Assembly: GCA_045594425.1 (NCBI GenBank)
Contig: JAZNYK010000003.1
Location: 2,929-66,928 of the forward strand
DNA from: Clostridia bacterium
GTDB lineage: Bacteria > Bacillota > Clostridia > Christensenellales > UBA1242
Direction: 5' to 3'
DNA: 64,000 nt
Shown here: positions 19,700-29,010 of the stretch, piece by piece
Position numbering within the stretch: the stretch's first letter is position 1
Layout of the letters: each line of letters starts with the position of its first letter
Notes under the pieces: generated by a model
Told to the model about the DNA's origin: nothing
The model's database searches: none
The model's input: only the letters and a program-made list of their open reading frames with translations
Position numbers and translations under genes: made by a program

Positions 19700-21033
19700 T
19701 GGGATTATTTTTTGGAACAGACGGGCTCCGTGGAAAAGTTAATGATGATTTATCTTGGAATATTGCATACAAGTGCGGCAATGCTCTTGGAACAAGGTAT
19801 CCAAAATCAAAAGTATTAATTGGTCGTGACACACGTGGCACTGGTGCACTTATGACTCTTGCTTTTGCAAGTGGTGTTTTAAATGCTGGTGGTGATGTTG
19901 TTGATGTTGGCATTTGTCCAACAGCGGGTATAAGTTATCTCACAAAGTCACAAGGGTTTGATTTTGGTGTTGTAATTTCTGCTTCACACAATTCGGCAGA
20001 TTTTAATGGTATAAAAATTGTTGACAGCCAAGGTAAAAAACTTGGAGACAGAAGAGAAAATGAACTTGAAAAATTGTTTTTAAAGGAAACAGTTATGCCA
20101 TACAACAAAGTCGGTTCTTATTCTCACGAACCAAGACTTGTTGTTAAATATGAAGAATTTTTGGCAAAAAGCATTGATAATTCTTTAAAAGGAAAAACAA
20201 TTATTCTTGACTGTGCAAATGGTGCAAGTTATAAACTCGCCCCAGCAGTGTTCAGAGATAATGGTGCAAAAATTGTTGCTACATTCTGCAAACCAGACGG
20301 TGTAAATATAAACAAAGATTGTGGTTCACTTCATATCAACAAACTTCAAAAATATGTCTTAAAATATAAGGCAGACATGGGTTTTGCTTTTGATGGTGAC
20401 AGTGACCGTCTTATTGCTGTGGATGAAAAAGGAAATGTTATTGATGGTGATAGTATTATTTATATGTTTGCAAGACATTATCAATCACAAGGCAAGTTAA
20501 AACCTGCAATTGTTGTTGGAACAAGACACACAAACATGGGTGTTGAAAAGGCATTAAACAATCATGGCATTGAACTTATCAGAACAGATATTGGTGATAA
20601 GTATGTTGGTGAAAAACTTGCAGAAAAAGACCTTTTAATTGGTGGTGAACAATCTGGACATATTTTTGTTAAAGACAAACTTATGACTGGTGATGGAATT
20701 TTAAATGCTCTTTTGGTTGCATCAATTTGTGCAAAAGAAAACAAGCCACTTTCAGAATTTTTTGATTTTGAACCATTTAAACAAGTTAACATAAATGTTA
20801 ATGTATGTGACAAAATGCGTGTTATGAATAGTGAAAAATTGTCGCAAGCACAAGATGTAGAATTAAAAAATTTGGAAGGCAAAGGCAGAACTATGATTCG
20901 TATGTCTGGCACAGAGCCTTATATTCGTGTTATGGTTGAAACTGAAAATGAAGAACTTTCAAAAACAACAGCAGAACGCCTTGCAGGTGTTATTCGTGAA
21001 ATAAACAAGGAGATTGAATCATGTGTGGAATAG
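19699..21033 (+). CDS. glmM: Phosphoglucosamine mutase
   Basis: MGLFFGTDGLRG start and phosphoserine loop SASHNSADFNGIK. Start moved to ATG 19699, which follows AAAGGAG. Confidence 0.9.
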   Translation: MGLFFGTDGLRGKVNDDLSWNIAYKCGNALGTRYPKSKVLIGRDTRGTGALMTLAFASGVLNAGGDVVDVGICPTAGISYLTKSQGFDFGVVISASHNSADFNGIKIVDSQGKKLGDRRENELEKLFLKETVMPYNKVGSYSHEPRLVVKYEEFLAKSIDNSLKGKTIILDCANGASYKLAPAVFRDNGAKIVATFCKPDGVNINKDCGSLHINKLQKYVLKYKADMGFAFDGDSDRLIAVDEKGNVIDGDSIIYMFARHYQSQGKLKPAIVVGTRHTNMGVEKALNNHGIELIRTDIGDKYVGEKLAEKDLLIGGEQSGHIFVKDKLMTGDGILNALLVASICAKENKPLSEFFDFEPFKQVNINVNVCDKMRVMNSEKLSQAQDVELKNLEGKGRTMIRMSGTEPYIRVMVETENEELSKTTAERLAGVIREINKEIESCVE

Positions 21034-22793
21034 TTGGATATTTAGGAAAATCTACAAAAGCAAAAACACTTATAAATATTTTAAAAAAACTTGAATATCG
21101 TGGATATGATTCGTCTGGGATTGCCAGTCTTGAAGATGGAAAAATAACAACATTTAAACAAGTTGGAAATATTCAAAAATTAGATAGCAGCGTCCCTGAA
21201 GAATTTGAAACATCTTGTCTTGTTGCTCACACCAGATGGGCAACACATGGCAAACCAACTGAAGTTAATGCACACCCACATTCTTCATGTGATGGTGTTT
21301 GGACACTCGTTCATAATGGTATTATCGAAAATTTTGATAAATTGAAAAACAAATTAAAAAACAAACCACAAAGTCAAACGGACACAGTTGTTGTTTCTTG
21401 TTTGCTTGAAGAACAAGGCGTTGAAGATATTTTTGGGTTTATTAATGCGTTTAAACAAGTTAAAGGAAGTTATGCTATTGTTGCCGAAAATAAAAATAAA
21501 CCAAATGAATTGTTTTTGGCAAAACACAAAAGTCCACTTTATTTATCTGTAAATAATGATGGTGATATTCTTGTTGCGTCTGACCCAATTTGTTTTGTTG
21601 GTTTTTCAAAAAAATATTACACATTTGCCGATGGTGAATTTGCTCATATTACAAAAGATGAATTAAAGTTTTTTGATGAAAATGGAAACGACATAAAAAA
21701 ACAAACAAAAGAATTGGATGACACATTTGAAGAATCTGATAAAAAAGAATATAAGCACTTTATGTTAAAAGAAATATTTGAACAACCAAAAGCACTTGAA
21801 AGACAAATAAAAACGTTTAAAGACAACAATGTTTTAAATAAATTTGACAAAGATTTTATTTCAAGATTTTCAAACATCAAACTTATTGGTTGTGGAACAG
21901 CCTATCATGCAGGACTGGTTGGTGCAAAATACCTTTCTAGGATGACGGGTCTTCCAGCATACGCAGAAATGGCAAGCGAGTTTATTTATAATCAGCCTGT
22001 TTTTGCTGATGAAAAAACATTGTTTATTTTTGTTAGTCAAAGTGGTGAAACTGCAGACACGCTTTGTGCACAAGAACTTGCAAAAGGTAAAGGTGCAACG
22101 ACAATTGCGCTTACAAATGTTTTGTATTCAACTCTTGCTTCAAAGTGTGACTATGTGATTCCTGTTTGTGCAGGTCCAGAAATTGCAGTTGCTTCAACAA
22201 AGGCTTATGTTTGTCAACTTTCAGCGCTTTATATGTTTGCTTTAAACTTAAAGTGCCAAGTTGAAAATGTTGAGTTTGACGGGTTTGAAAAAATTGAAAC
22301 CGTAGCAAATAAAATCTTAAACTTTGATATGGCAAAAGTTGAAGAACTTGCCAGTGAATTAAAAACCAAAGACGAAGCCATTTTTATTGGCAAAGATTTT
22401 GATTATATCACAGCAAATGAAGCGTCACTTAAACTCAAAGAAGTTGCATATATAAATTCAGCAAGTTATCCATCTGGTGAATTAAAACATGGTTTTCTAG
22501 CACTTGTTGAAAATGGCACTCCAATCATTGTGTTTGCGGGTGGCAGTGCAACCAATTCAAAAACATTCAATGCTGCGCATGAAGCCGCAAGCAGGGGAGC
22601 AAATGCTTTTGTTGTAACAAATCAAAGCACTGACATTTTTGAAAATGTTTTGCTTATTGATGAGCCTGATGATTTATTGTTCCCAATGCTTTCAATAGCG
22701 CCACTTCAATATTTGGCATATATTGTCAGCACATCAAAAGGAATCAATCCAGACCAACCTCGCAACCTTGCAAAAAGCGTTACTGTTGAATAA
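21021..22793 (+). CDS. glmS: Glutamine--fructose-6-phosphate aminotransferase
   Basis: N-terminal nucleophile MCGIVGY, two SIS domains, C-terminal LAKSVTVE. Confidence 0.93.
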   Translation: MCGIVGYLGKSTKAKTLINILKKLEYRGYDSSGIASLEDGKITTFKQVGNIQKLDSSVPEEFETSCLVAHTRWATHGKPTEVNAHPHSSCDGVWTLVHNGIIENFDKLKNKLKNKPQSQTDTVVVSCLLEEQGVEDIFGFINAFKQVKGSYAIVAENKNKPNELFLAKHKSPLYLSVNNDGDILVASDPICFVGFSKKYYTFADGEFAHITKDELKFFDENGNDIKKQTKELDDTFEESDKKEYKHFMLKEIFEQPKALERQIKTFKDNNVLNKFDKDFISRFSNIKLIGCGTAYHAGLVGAKYLSRMTGLPAYAEMASEFIYNQPVFADEKTLFIFVSQSGETADTLCAQELAKGKGATTIALTNVLYSTLASKCDYVIPVCAGPEIAVASTKAYVCQLSALYMFALNLKCQVENVEFDGFEKIETVANKILNFDMAKVEELASELKTKDEAIFIGKDFDYITANEASLKLKEVAYINSASYPSGELKHGFLALVENGTPIIVFAGGSATNSKTFNAAHEAASRGANAFVVTNQSTDIFENVLLIDEPDDLLFPMLSIAPLQYLAYIVSTSKGINPDQPRNLAKSVTVE

Positions 22794-22992
22794 TTAGTTA
22801 TTCAAAATGCATAAATGTAAAAAACTGCAATTTGAGTGTAAAATTTTACAATATAAATCAAATTAAATTAATTTGGCACGGCTTAAATTATTATGTTGAA
22901 AATTGAACAAATTGTTTCAAAAACAACATTTTAGTTGATATGCAGTGCCTTTTTTTGTTATACTTTTCTTGTTTAATAAAGGAGATACAATT

Positions 22993-23532
22993 ATGGTAAA
23001 AACAGTTGCTGATAACGAAATTTATTTTGCAAAGATTAGAGAGTCTGCAAAAATTCCAACCAAAAAACTAGAAGATGCTGGTTATGATGTTTATGCAGAT
23101 TTTGAAGGTGATTATTTTGTGGTTGAACCTGGAAAAACTCGTCCAGTTCCAACAGGTATTGCAATCGCATTTTCACCAAAATATTATATTCAAGTTGAAG
23201 AACGTGGTTCAATGGCAAAACTTGGAATCAAAAAGTCTGGTGGTGTGTTTGACTCTGGTTATCGTGGTGAATATTTAATCATGACATACAACACCAACGA
23301 CAAACCATTTGTTATTTCAAATCGTCCACTTGATGAAGTTCCAACAACATTTGATATTGCTGGTCAAACATATTACAGGGATGATGTTATTTTGTATCCA
23401 AGTGCAAAAGCAATTTGCCAACTTGTTTTGCAAGAAGTTCCTGTTTTAGAAGAAAGAGAAATTTCTTATGAAGAACTTGTGTCAATTTCTTCTGAACGTG
23501 GTGCAGGCAGATTTGGAAGTTCAGGAAAATAG
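22993..23532 (+). CDS. dut: dUTP diphosphatase (trimeric dUTPase family)
   Basis: EDAGYDVYA and GGVFDSGYRGEYLIM motifs. Start moved to ATG 22993, which follows AAAGGAGA. Confidence 0.85.
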   Translation: MVKTVADNEIYFAKIRESAKIPTKKLEDAGYDVYADFEGDYFVVEPGKTRPVPTGIAIAFSPKYYIQVEERGSMAKLGIKKSGGVFDSGYRGEYLIMTYNTNDKPFVISNRPLDEVPTTFDIAGQTYYRDDVILYPSAKAICQLVLQEVPVLEEREISYEELVSISSERGAGRFGSSGK

Positions 23533-23550
23533 GTTTTAAATCTCATAAAA

Positions 23551-23586
23551 AAAGAGTGCTCAAAATTGTTTGACACTCTTTTTTTG
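23551..23586 (+). terminator. Rho-independent terminator after dut
   Basis: AAAGAGTG...CACTCTTT followed by a T-run. Confidence 0.75.
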
Positions 23587-23632
23587 TTATAATATACTAA
23601 GTTTATAGTTATACTAAAATAAAGGTGAAAAT

Positions 23633-24334
23633 ATGTCAAAAATATTTATTGAAAAAAAGGAAATAAAATTCAAAGTTCAAGAAACCGTTGAAAGTTCTTC
23701 GTTTGATATTGTTGATGGCAAGTATGTTGAAAACACAACATTAACCAGAAAATATGTATCAGACATCTATGCTTATCTTGATTTTAATGCGCTTTTTGCA
23801 ATGGAAAACTTGTTCGATGAATTTTATATTAAAATCATTTTGTTTAATGATGAAAAAAAAGTTGGATACAATCTTATAAGTTTGTCAAATAACCTAGACA
23901 TTTCAGTTAAGCGTGTTTCTCCAAAGAACTTTTTGGTGCTTGGCATAAACAAAGACCAAGAAACACAAGGTCAAGCAAGTTTCTGCTCGCTTCAAACAGA
24001 TGGTTCGGTTAACGAAATTACAATCAATTTCAACTATATCAACCAATACAAAGTTATTGAACAAAAATATTTCCTTCTTAACTTTGTTGAAGTTATGGCA
24101 GCCTCTGCTCAAGAAGACCGTTTTGGAAACACAAACGCAAAAAAATACATCAACACAATTGCAATTTATCGTGAAGATGGAACCATTTTAAAAATGGTTT
24201 ATGAAGAAACTTTAAACATCAAGCGTGATTTAATTTGTGATATTGATGGTGACACCCTTTTAATTTACTATAAAGACGATGGCTCTGTTGTTAAAAAAGA
24301 ATCAATTTCAGGTATTTTAATTTCGCAAGACTAA
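23633..24334 (+). CDS. Hypothetical protein (233 aa)
   Basis: Clean ORF with SD AAAGGTGAAA. No recognisable motif. Confidence 0.6.
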   Translation: MSKIFIEKKEIKFKVQETVESSSFDIVDGKYVENTTLTRKYVSDIYAYLDFNALFAMENLFDEFYIKIILFNDEKKVGYNLISLSNNLDISVKRVSPKNFLVLGINKDQETQGQASFCSLQTDGSVNEITINFNYINQYKVIEQKYFLLNFVEVMAASAQEDRFGNTNAKKYINTIAIYREDGTILKMVYEETLNIKRDLICDIDGDTLLIYYKDDGSVVKKESISGILISQD

Positions 24335-24420
24335 ATATTTTAAAAAATTAATTTTATTTTATTTTTTAATTATTTTTATTTGATTTATTTTTAATAGTAT
24401 ATTAAAATATTAATTAGAAA

Positions 24421-24443
24421 AGTGCTATAATCTCACTAGCACT
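24421..24443. promoter_or_regulatory. Perfect 7-bp inverted repeat AGTGCTA-N9-TAGCACT overlapping a TATAAT box upstream of the actin-like gene
   Basis: Read directly from the sequence. TATAAT at 24426..24431 lies inside the left arm and spacer. An A/T-rich stretch with reiterated TTATTTT units spans about 24340..24400. Confidence 0.5.
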
Positions 24444-24475
24444 ATTTAGGAAGAAAATTTAAAGGAAGTAGAATT

Positions 24476-25564
24476 ATGTCAGAATTTGAACAATTAGAAA
24501 CAGAACCAGTTGCTGTTGAAAGTGAACCAGTGGCTGCTCCTGTTCAACAACCACAAGGTGAATACACAAGAATTATTGGTCTTGATGTTGCAAACTCAAC
24601 CCTTAAAATCTGGACTGATGAGTTAAACCTCAAATATGTTAACACAATCAGACAAATCAATGATGCTGGTCTTGTATACTCATTTAAAACAGACTATCAA
24701 ATGTATGTTTATGACAAGGCGGTTTATGAAGTTGGTGTTGTTTCTGCTGCAGGTTCTGGTGGCCGTGGAATTTCAAGATACGGTTCAGAACAATACAAAA
24801 TTGAAGCACTCATCGGCATCACATCTTGTCTTAAAGAAATTCCAAATCTTTCAGACCACGAAGTTTTGAGAGTTGTTACTGGTGTTCCAAGTTCACTTGC
24901 TAAAAACCAAAAAATCATCACTCAAATCAAACAAATGTTAACTGGTGTTCACGAAATCAAATCAGTTACATGGGAAACTGTTAGACCAATCACATTTGAA
25001 ATCAGAGAAGTTATTGTTGTTCCACAACCACTCGGAACAATGTATGACTATGTTTACGATCCAGAAGCAGATGCTCTCAACGAAAAACTTCTTGACCAAA
25101 GAGCAATCGTTATCGACATCGGTTGGGGAACAACTGATATCGCTATTTTGGAAACTGCAAGAGTTCGTTCAACATTCAGTTTTGACATCGGAACTTCTGA
25201 CTACATCTCTGACCTTCAAGAAGATGTTAACAGCAACGTTCCAGAAGCAAGCATATTCTCACTTTCTCCACATGAAATGGACTTGAGTTTGCTTGAATCT
25301 CCAGTTGTTGAAACTCCATTCGGTCAATACGACCTTTCTGCATATGTTGAAAAACATAGCAAAAACCAAGCAAAACGTGTTTACCAAGAAGTTATGGGTC
25401 TTGGTTTAGAATTCAACAAGTTCTACAAAATCATCTTAACCGGTGGTGGCGCATTGCTTTATGAAAAATACTTAAGAGAATTCTTCAACGACCCAAGACT
25501 TGTTATTCAAAACAATGCTGTTATGGCTAACTGCCGTGGATTCTGGTTGCTCGGAAACTATTAA
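24476..25564 (+). CDS. Actin-like ATPase of the ParM/StbA/Alp type
   Basis: Actin-fold motifs IIGLDVANSTLKIW (phosphate 1), RVVTGVPSS, AIVIDIGWGTTDIAIL (phosphate 2) and KIILTGGGALL (adenosine). It carries a roughly 30-aa acidic N-terminal extension. Confidence 0.75.
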   Translation: MSEFEQLETEPVAVESEPVAAPVQQPQGEYTRIIGLDVANSTLKIWTDELNLKYVNTIRQINDAGLVYSFKTDYQMYVYDKAVYEVGVVSAAGSGGRGISRYGSEQYKIEALIGITSCLKEIPNLSDHEVLRVVTGVPSSLAKNQKIITQIKQMLTGVHEIKSVTWETVRPITFEIREVIVVPQPLGTMYDYVYDPEADALNEKLLDQRAIVIDIGWGTTDIAILETARVRSTFSFDIGTSDYISDLQEDVNSNVPEASIFSLSPHEMDLSLLESPVVETPFGQYDLSAYVEKHSKNQAKRVYQEVMGLGLEFNKFYKIILTGGGALLYEKYLREFFNDPRLVIQNNAVMANCRGFWLLGNY

Positions 25565-25583
25565 TACAAAGAGGGGCGCATAA

Positions 25584-26420
25584 ATGACAATTAACGAATT
25601 AGAACAAGGTATCAGAAACTTAATTGCAACGCAACCAATGCTCACAACAGGTTCAAATGGCGAGGTTATTAACGGTGTTAATGCAATCATTGACGCTTAC
25701 AGAAATCTTAACTTTAGAATTCAATCATATCCATGCCAAGATGTTATGAAGTTTGGTCTTACAAATGAGTCTGCAAAATTAGAAAGCACTTTGTCTAATT
25801 TGGCGCTTCAAGTATTGCAAGAGCGTGGAATCAATCTTATGCTATACATTCCAAGAATGAACACTGGATTTGGTCCAGCGGTAAATCAATTTGGAATGGT
25901 AAACCCTAGCATTGATGCAAATATGATGATGGGTCAAATGATGTATAACGCTGGTTCAATGCCTTCAAGCACAGCGATGATGCAGATGCCAAACAACATG
26001 ATGGGCGCGGCTCGTCCTGTAATGCCTGCACCTGCATATAATCAAATGCAACCACAAATGGTTGGTGTTGCACAAGCACCATACGGAAGACCAAGCAGAG
26101 GAACTGCTCCAACCTTCCCTGGATATCAAAACCCAGACAGACCAATTCCACTTGAGCCAAAAAATGCAACGGCTGAAAGTTTAAAAACAAGGTCTGCACC
26201 ACAATCAAAAATTAAACAAGTTCCAAAGGCAACAACGGCTCAACCACAACAAGTTGTTAAACAAACAATTCCAGTGGCTGAAGAACCTGAAGATGCTGGA
26301 GAAATTCCTTCTGCACCAAGCGCGGCTGAAATGTTGATAGCAGGCGCAACTGGTGGTGCTGGTGGCGGCGGTGGCAAAGCACAGGGCCGTGACTATTTGA
26401 TGGAACTTTTAAAGAAATAA
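25584..26420 (+). CDS. Hypothetical protein: about 95-aa folded N-domain, long Met/Gln/Pro-rich low-complexity region, short C-terminal peptide GRDYLMELLKK
   Basis: Sits 19 nt downstream of the actin-like gene with SD AGAGGGG, and is followed by a terminator. Composition read from the translation. Confidence 0.65.
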   Translation: MTINELEQGIRNLIATQPMLTTGSNGEVINGVNAIIDAYRNLNFRIQSYPCQDVMKFGLTNESAKLESTLSNLALQVLQERGINLMLYIPRMNTGFGPAVNQFGMVNPSIDANMMMGQMMYNAGSMPSSTAMMQMPNNMMGAARPVMPAPAYNQMQPQMVGVAQAPYGRPSRGTAPTFPGYQNPDRPIPLEPKNATAESLKTRSAPQSKIKQVPKATTAQPQQVVKQTIPVAEEPEDAGEIPSAPSAAEMLIAGATGGAGGGGGKAQGRDYLMELLKK

Positions 26421-26428
26421 ATAAACAA

Positions 26429-26455
26429 AAGAGTGGTTAAACCACTCTTTTTTGT
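26429..26455 (+). terminator. Rho-independent terminator
   Basis: AGAGTGGT-TAA-ACCACTCT followed by TTTTTT. Confidence 0.8.
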
Positions 26456-26468
26456 TGGAGAAAATATC

Positions 26469-26960
26469 ATGAAACAAATAAAATTTTATTTGCACAAGGT
26501 GACAGTTGATGATAAAGATGTTTTGTTTAGACTGCTACAATATTCACTTTTTGAAGAAAGTGCAACCGATGGCAACCAAATGGGTCAGAATGGTTTGTTT
26601 GAATATAGGTGGTTCGATGCCTATTTTACGGAACCCGCAAGAGAGGCCTTCTTAATCAGAGAAAAAGAAACAAACAATCTTTTGGGGTTTGCCATGGTTT
26701 GCAATCACGTTCGAACTTTAAATGTGGGTCACAGCATTGCCGAGTTTATGGTTTTACCACCATATCGTAGAAATGGAATAGGGAAAAGAGTTGCACATCA
26801 ACTGTTTGAAATGCACACTGGTGATTGGGAAGTTAAACCATCTGTCGGCAGTAAGTCCGCAAAAAACTTTTGGAAAAACACAATTCAAGAATACACAAAT
26901 AGTGATTTTATTTTTCAAAGTGGAGTGTTTGTTTTTGAAAATAAAAAACCGCAAAAATAA
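26469..26960 (+). CDS. GNAT-family N-acetyltransferase
   Basis: FMVLPPYRRNGIGKRVAHQLFE is the R/Q-x-x-G-x-G/A acetyl-CoA motif. Start moved to ATG 26469, which follows GGAG. Confidence 0.7.
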   Translation: MKQIKFYLHKVTVDDKDVLFRLLQYSLFEESATDGNQMGQNGLFEYRWFDAYFTEPAREAFLIREKETNNLLGFAMVCNHVRTLNVGHSIAEFMVLPPYRRNGIGKRVAHQLFEMHTGDWEVKPSVGSKSAKNFWKNTIQEYTNSDFIFQSGVFVFENKKPQK

Positions 26961-27109
26961 CGAAATAATGATTACAAAATATAAAAAAATTAAAAATTTT
27001 CAAAATTCAGGGTCACACAAAATTTAAATTTTGTGTTATAATATGCCTGTAAATACAGCAAAGTGCGATGGTTTTAGCGCCGAGCGTAAGTTACTTTTTG
27101 GGTGTAATT

Positions 27110-27616
27110 ATGGTAAAAATTGGAGATATTGTTTTTGTTCAAACAAAAGGCATTTGTGAGGTTTTAAATATTGCCAAAAATGCTTTTGTCGGTTGCGATA
27201 AAAACAAAGAATATTTTGTGCTCAAGCCTGTTGGTTCGCCAAACAATATGATGGTATATTTTCCAACAGACACAAAAGTGAATATTCGCAAACTAACATC
27301 AAAAACCAAAGCAAACAGCATTTTTCAAAACTTTGCTTCGCTTGAAGATGTTGATGTTAAAAATGAAGATGAAAGGTTTAAAGTTTACACAGACCTTTCA
27401 CAAAGCGGTGAACTTGAAGAGTGGTCAAAACTGCTTAAAACCCTGCTTTTAAGAAAAAGCAAAACAAACAAAAAACAATTTGCTTATCAAGAGCAAAAAT
27501 ATATAACAACAATGCTAAATTGTGTTGTTTCAGAGTTATCTTATGTTTTGTCTAAACCACAAGATGAAATAAAAAAGACACTTTTTGAAAGTTTGGGAAT
27601 TGAAGAAGAAAGATAA
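27110..27616 (+). CDS. CarD/CdnL-family RNA-polymerase-binding regulator-like protein
   Basis: MVKIGDIVFVQTKGICEVLNI...EYFVLKPV...MVYFPTD matches the CarD_TRCF N-terminal domain pattern. Start moved to ATG 27110. Confidence 0.65.
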   Translation: MVKIGDIVFVQTKGICEVLNIAKNAFVGCDKNKEYFVLKPVGSPNNMMVYFPTDTKVNIRKLTSKTKANSIFQNFASLEDVDVKNEDERFKVYTDLSQSGELEEWSKLLKTLLLRKSKTNKKQFAYQEQKYITTMLNCVVSELSYVLSKPQDEIKKTLFESLGIEEER

Positions 27617-27735
27617 AGGGCAGATAAGCCTTTTTCTTTTGCAAAAAACATGACCAAATTATTGTCTATAAGTGCAAATTTGGTGACAAAACCAGCAAAT
27701 TATTATAATATATAAGTGTAAATTGGAGAAATTTT

Positions 27736-29010
27736 GTGAGTAAATATTGGTATAGATTAGACAATGCGGCTATGATTTTTCCGCCGGTTAGTGGAAAGCA
27801 AAGTCCTAACACTTTTTGTTTTTCTGCCACGTTAGATGAAAATATCGATAAAGATATTTTAAAAAAAAGCGTGAGTCAGGTTGTGAAAAGTGAGGACACT
27901 TTTCGTGTGCGTTTAAAAAAAGGTGTGTTTTGGTATTATTTAGAAGAAAACACAAAAGAGCCTGTTGTTTTAGAAGAAACCCCTTCATTTATGGAATATA
28001 TAGATTATCGTTATGACGATAACTATCTGTTTAAGGTTTATTATCATGCAAACAAAGTCAGTGTTGTGTTTTTTCATGCACTTACAGATGGCACTGGTGG
28101 ATTATATTTTTTAAAACAAATCATTTATAGATATTTGATAAATAAAGGCTATAATATCGAAACCGAAGGGCTTGTAAAACCAATTGAAGTGCCAACATTA
28201 AACGCAGAAGCAATTGACGACTTTATGCAAGTTAAAAGCAAAACCAAAGAGAAAAAAATTGCTGAACAAACAGCGTTCAAGTTGACAGGCACACCATTTA
28301 AAACCTTTGGAACGGGCATTATTGTTGGTGAGTGTGACACTCAAAAAGTTAAAACCATTGCAAAAAAATATGGTGCAACAATAACAGGCTTTTTGTGTGG
28401 CGTTTATATGTATTCACTTTATAAAGCATACATTGAAAACAAAAACAAAAAGAACAAAACCATCGCTATTTCAATTCCTGTAAACATCAGAAAGTTGCGT
28501 CCAAGCGTGACGAAACGCAACTTTAGTTTGGTTGTTAGAATTGCTTATGATTTTTCAAAACCAGCAACTTTTGAAGACGTTGTAAAATCTTGTGTTGAAC
28601 AGTTCAAAGAAAAAATCACAACGGAACAACTTGATGCTCAAATCAAGTTTAACACAGGTGCAGAAAAAAATATTTTAATGAAAATCACTCCAAGAGTTAT
28701 CAAAAACCTTGCGCTAAAAATTGCATATAGCATTAGAGGTGCAAAACAAGAAAGCACCAACTTAAGCAATATTGGTATTGTTGAACTTCCTGAAGATATT
28801 TCAAAACACGTGAAAAAAATTCACTTTATTTTGCAGGCATCAAAAACAACCCAAAAGAACTTTTCGGTTGCTGGGTTCAATGGCAAACTTTATATGTCTT
28901 TTTCTAGAAGACATATCGAGTCTTCTGCTGAAAAACATTTCTTTCAAATTTTGGAAGATAATGGCATTGATGTGATTATTTCAAGCAATTATCAGGAGGT
29001 GAAAAGATGA
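27736..29010 (+). CDS. Condensation-domain-like (HxxxD) acyltransferase
   Basis: FFHALTDGTGGLYF contains the HxxxDG catalytic motif of the condensation/WS-DGAT/alcohol-acetyltransferase superfamily. GTG start follows GGAG. Confidence 0.55.
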   Translation: MSKYWYRLDNAAMIFPPVSGKQSPNTFCFSATLDENIDKDILKKSVSQVVKSEDTFRVRLKKGVFWYYLEENTKEPVVLEETPSFMEYIDYRYDDNYLFKVYYHANKVSVVFFHALTDGTGGLYFLKQIIYRYLINKGYNIETEGLVKPIEVPTLNAEAIDDFMQVKSKTKEKKIAEQTAFKLTGTPFKTFGTGIIVGECDTQKVKTIAKKYGATITGFLCGVYMYSLYKAYIENKNKKNKTIAISIPVNIRKLRPSVTKRNFSLVVRIAYDFSKPATFEDVVKSCVEQFKEKITTEQLDAQIKFNTGAEKNILMKITPRVIKNLALKIAYSIRGAKQESTNLSNIGIVELPEDISKHVKKIHFILQASKTTQKNFSVAGFNGKLYMSFSRRHIESSAEKHFFQILEDNGIDVIISSNYQEVKR

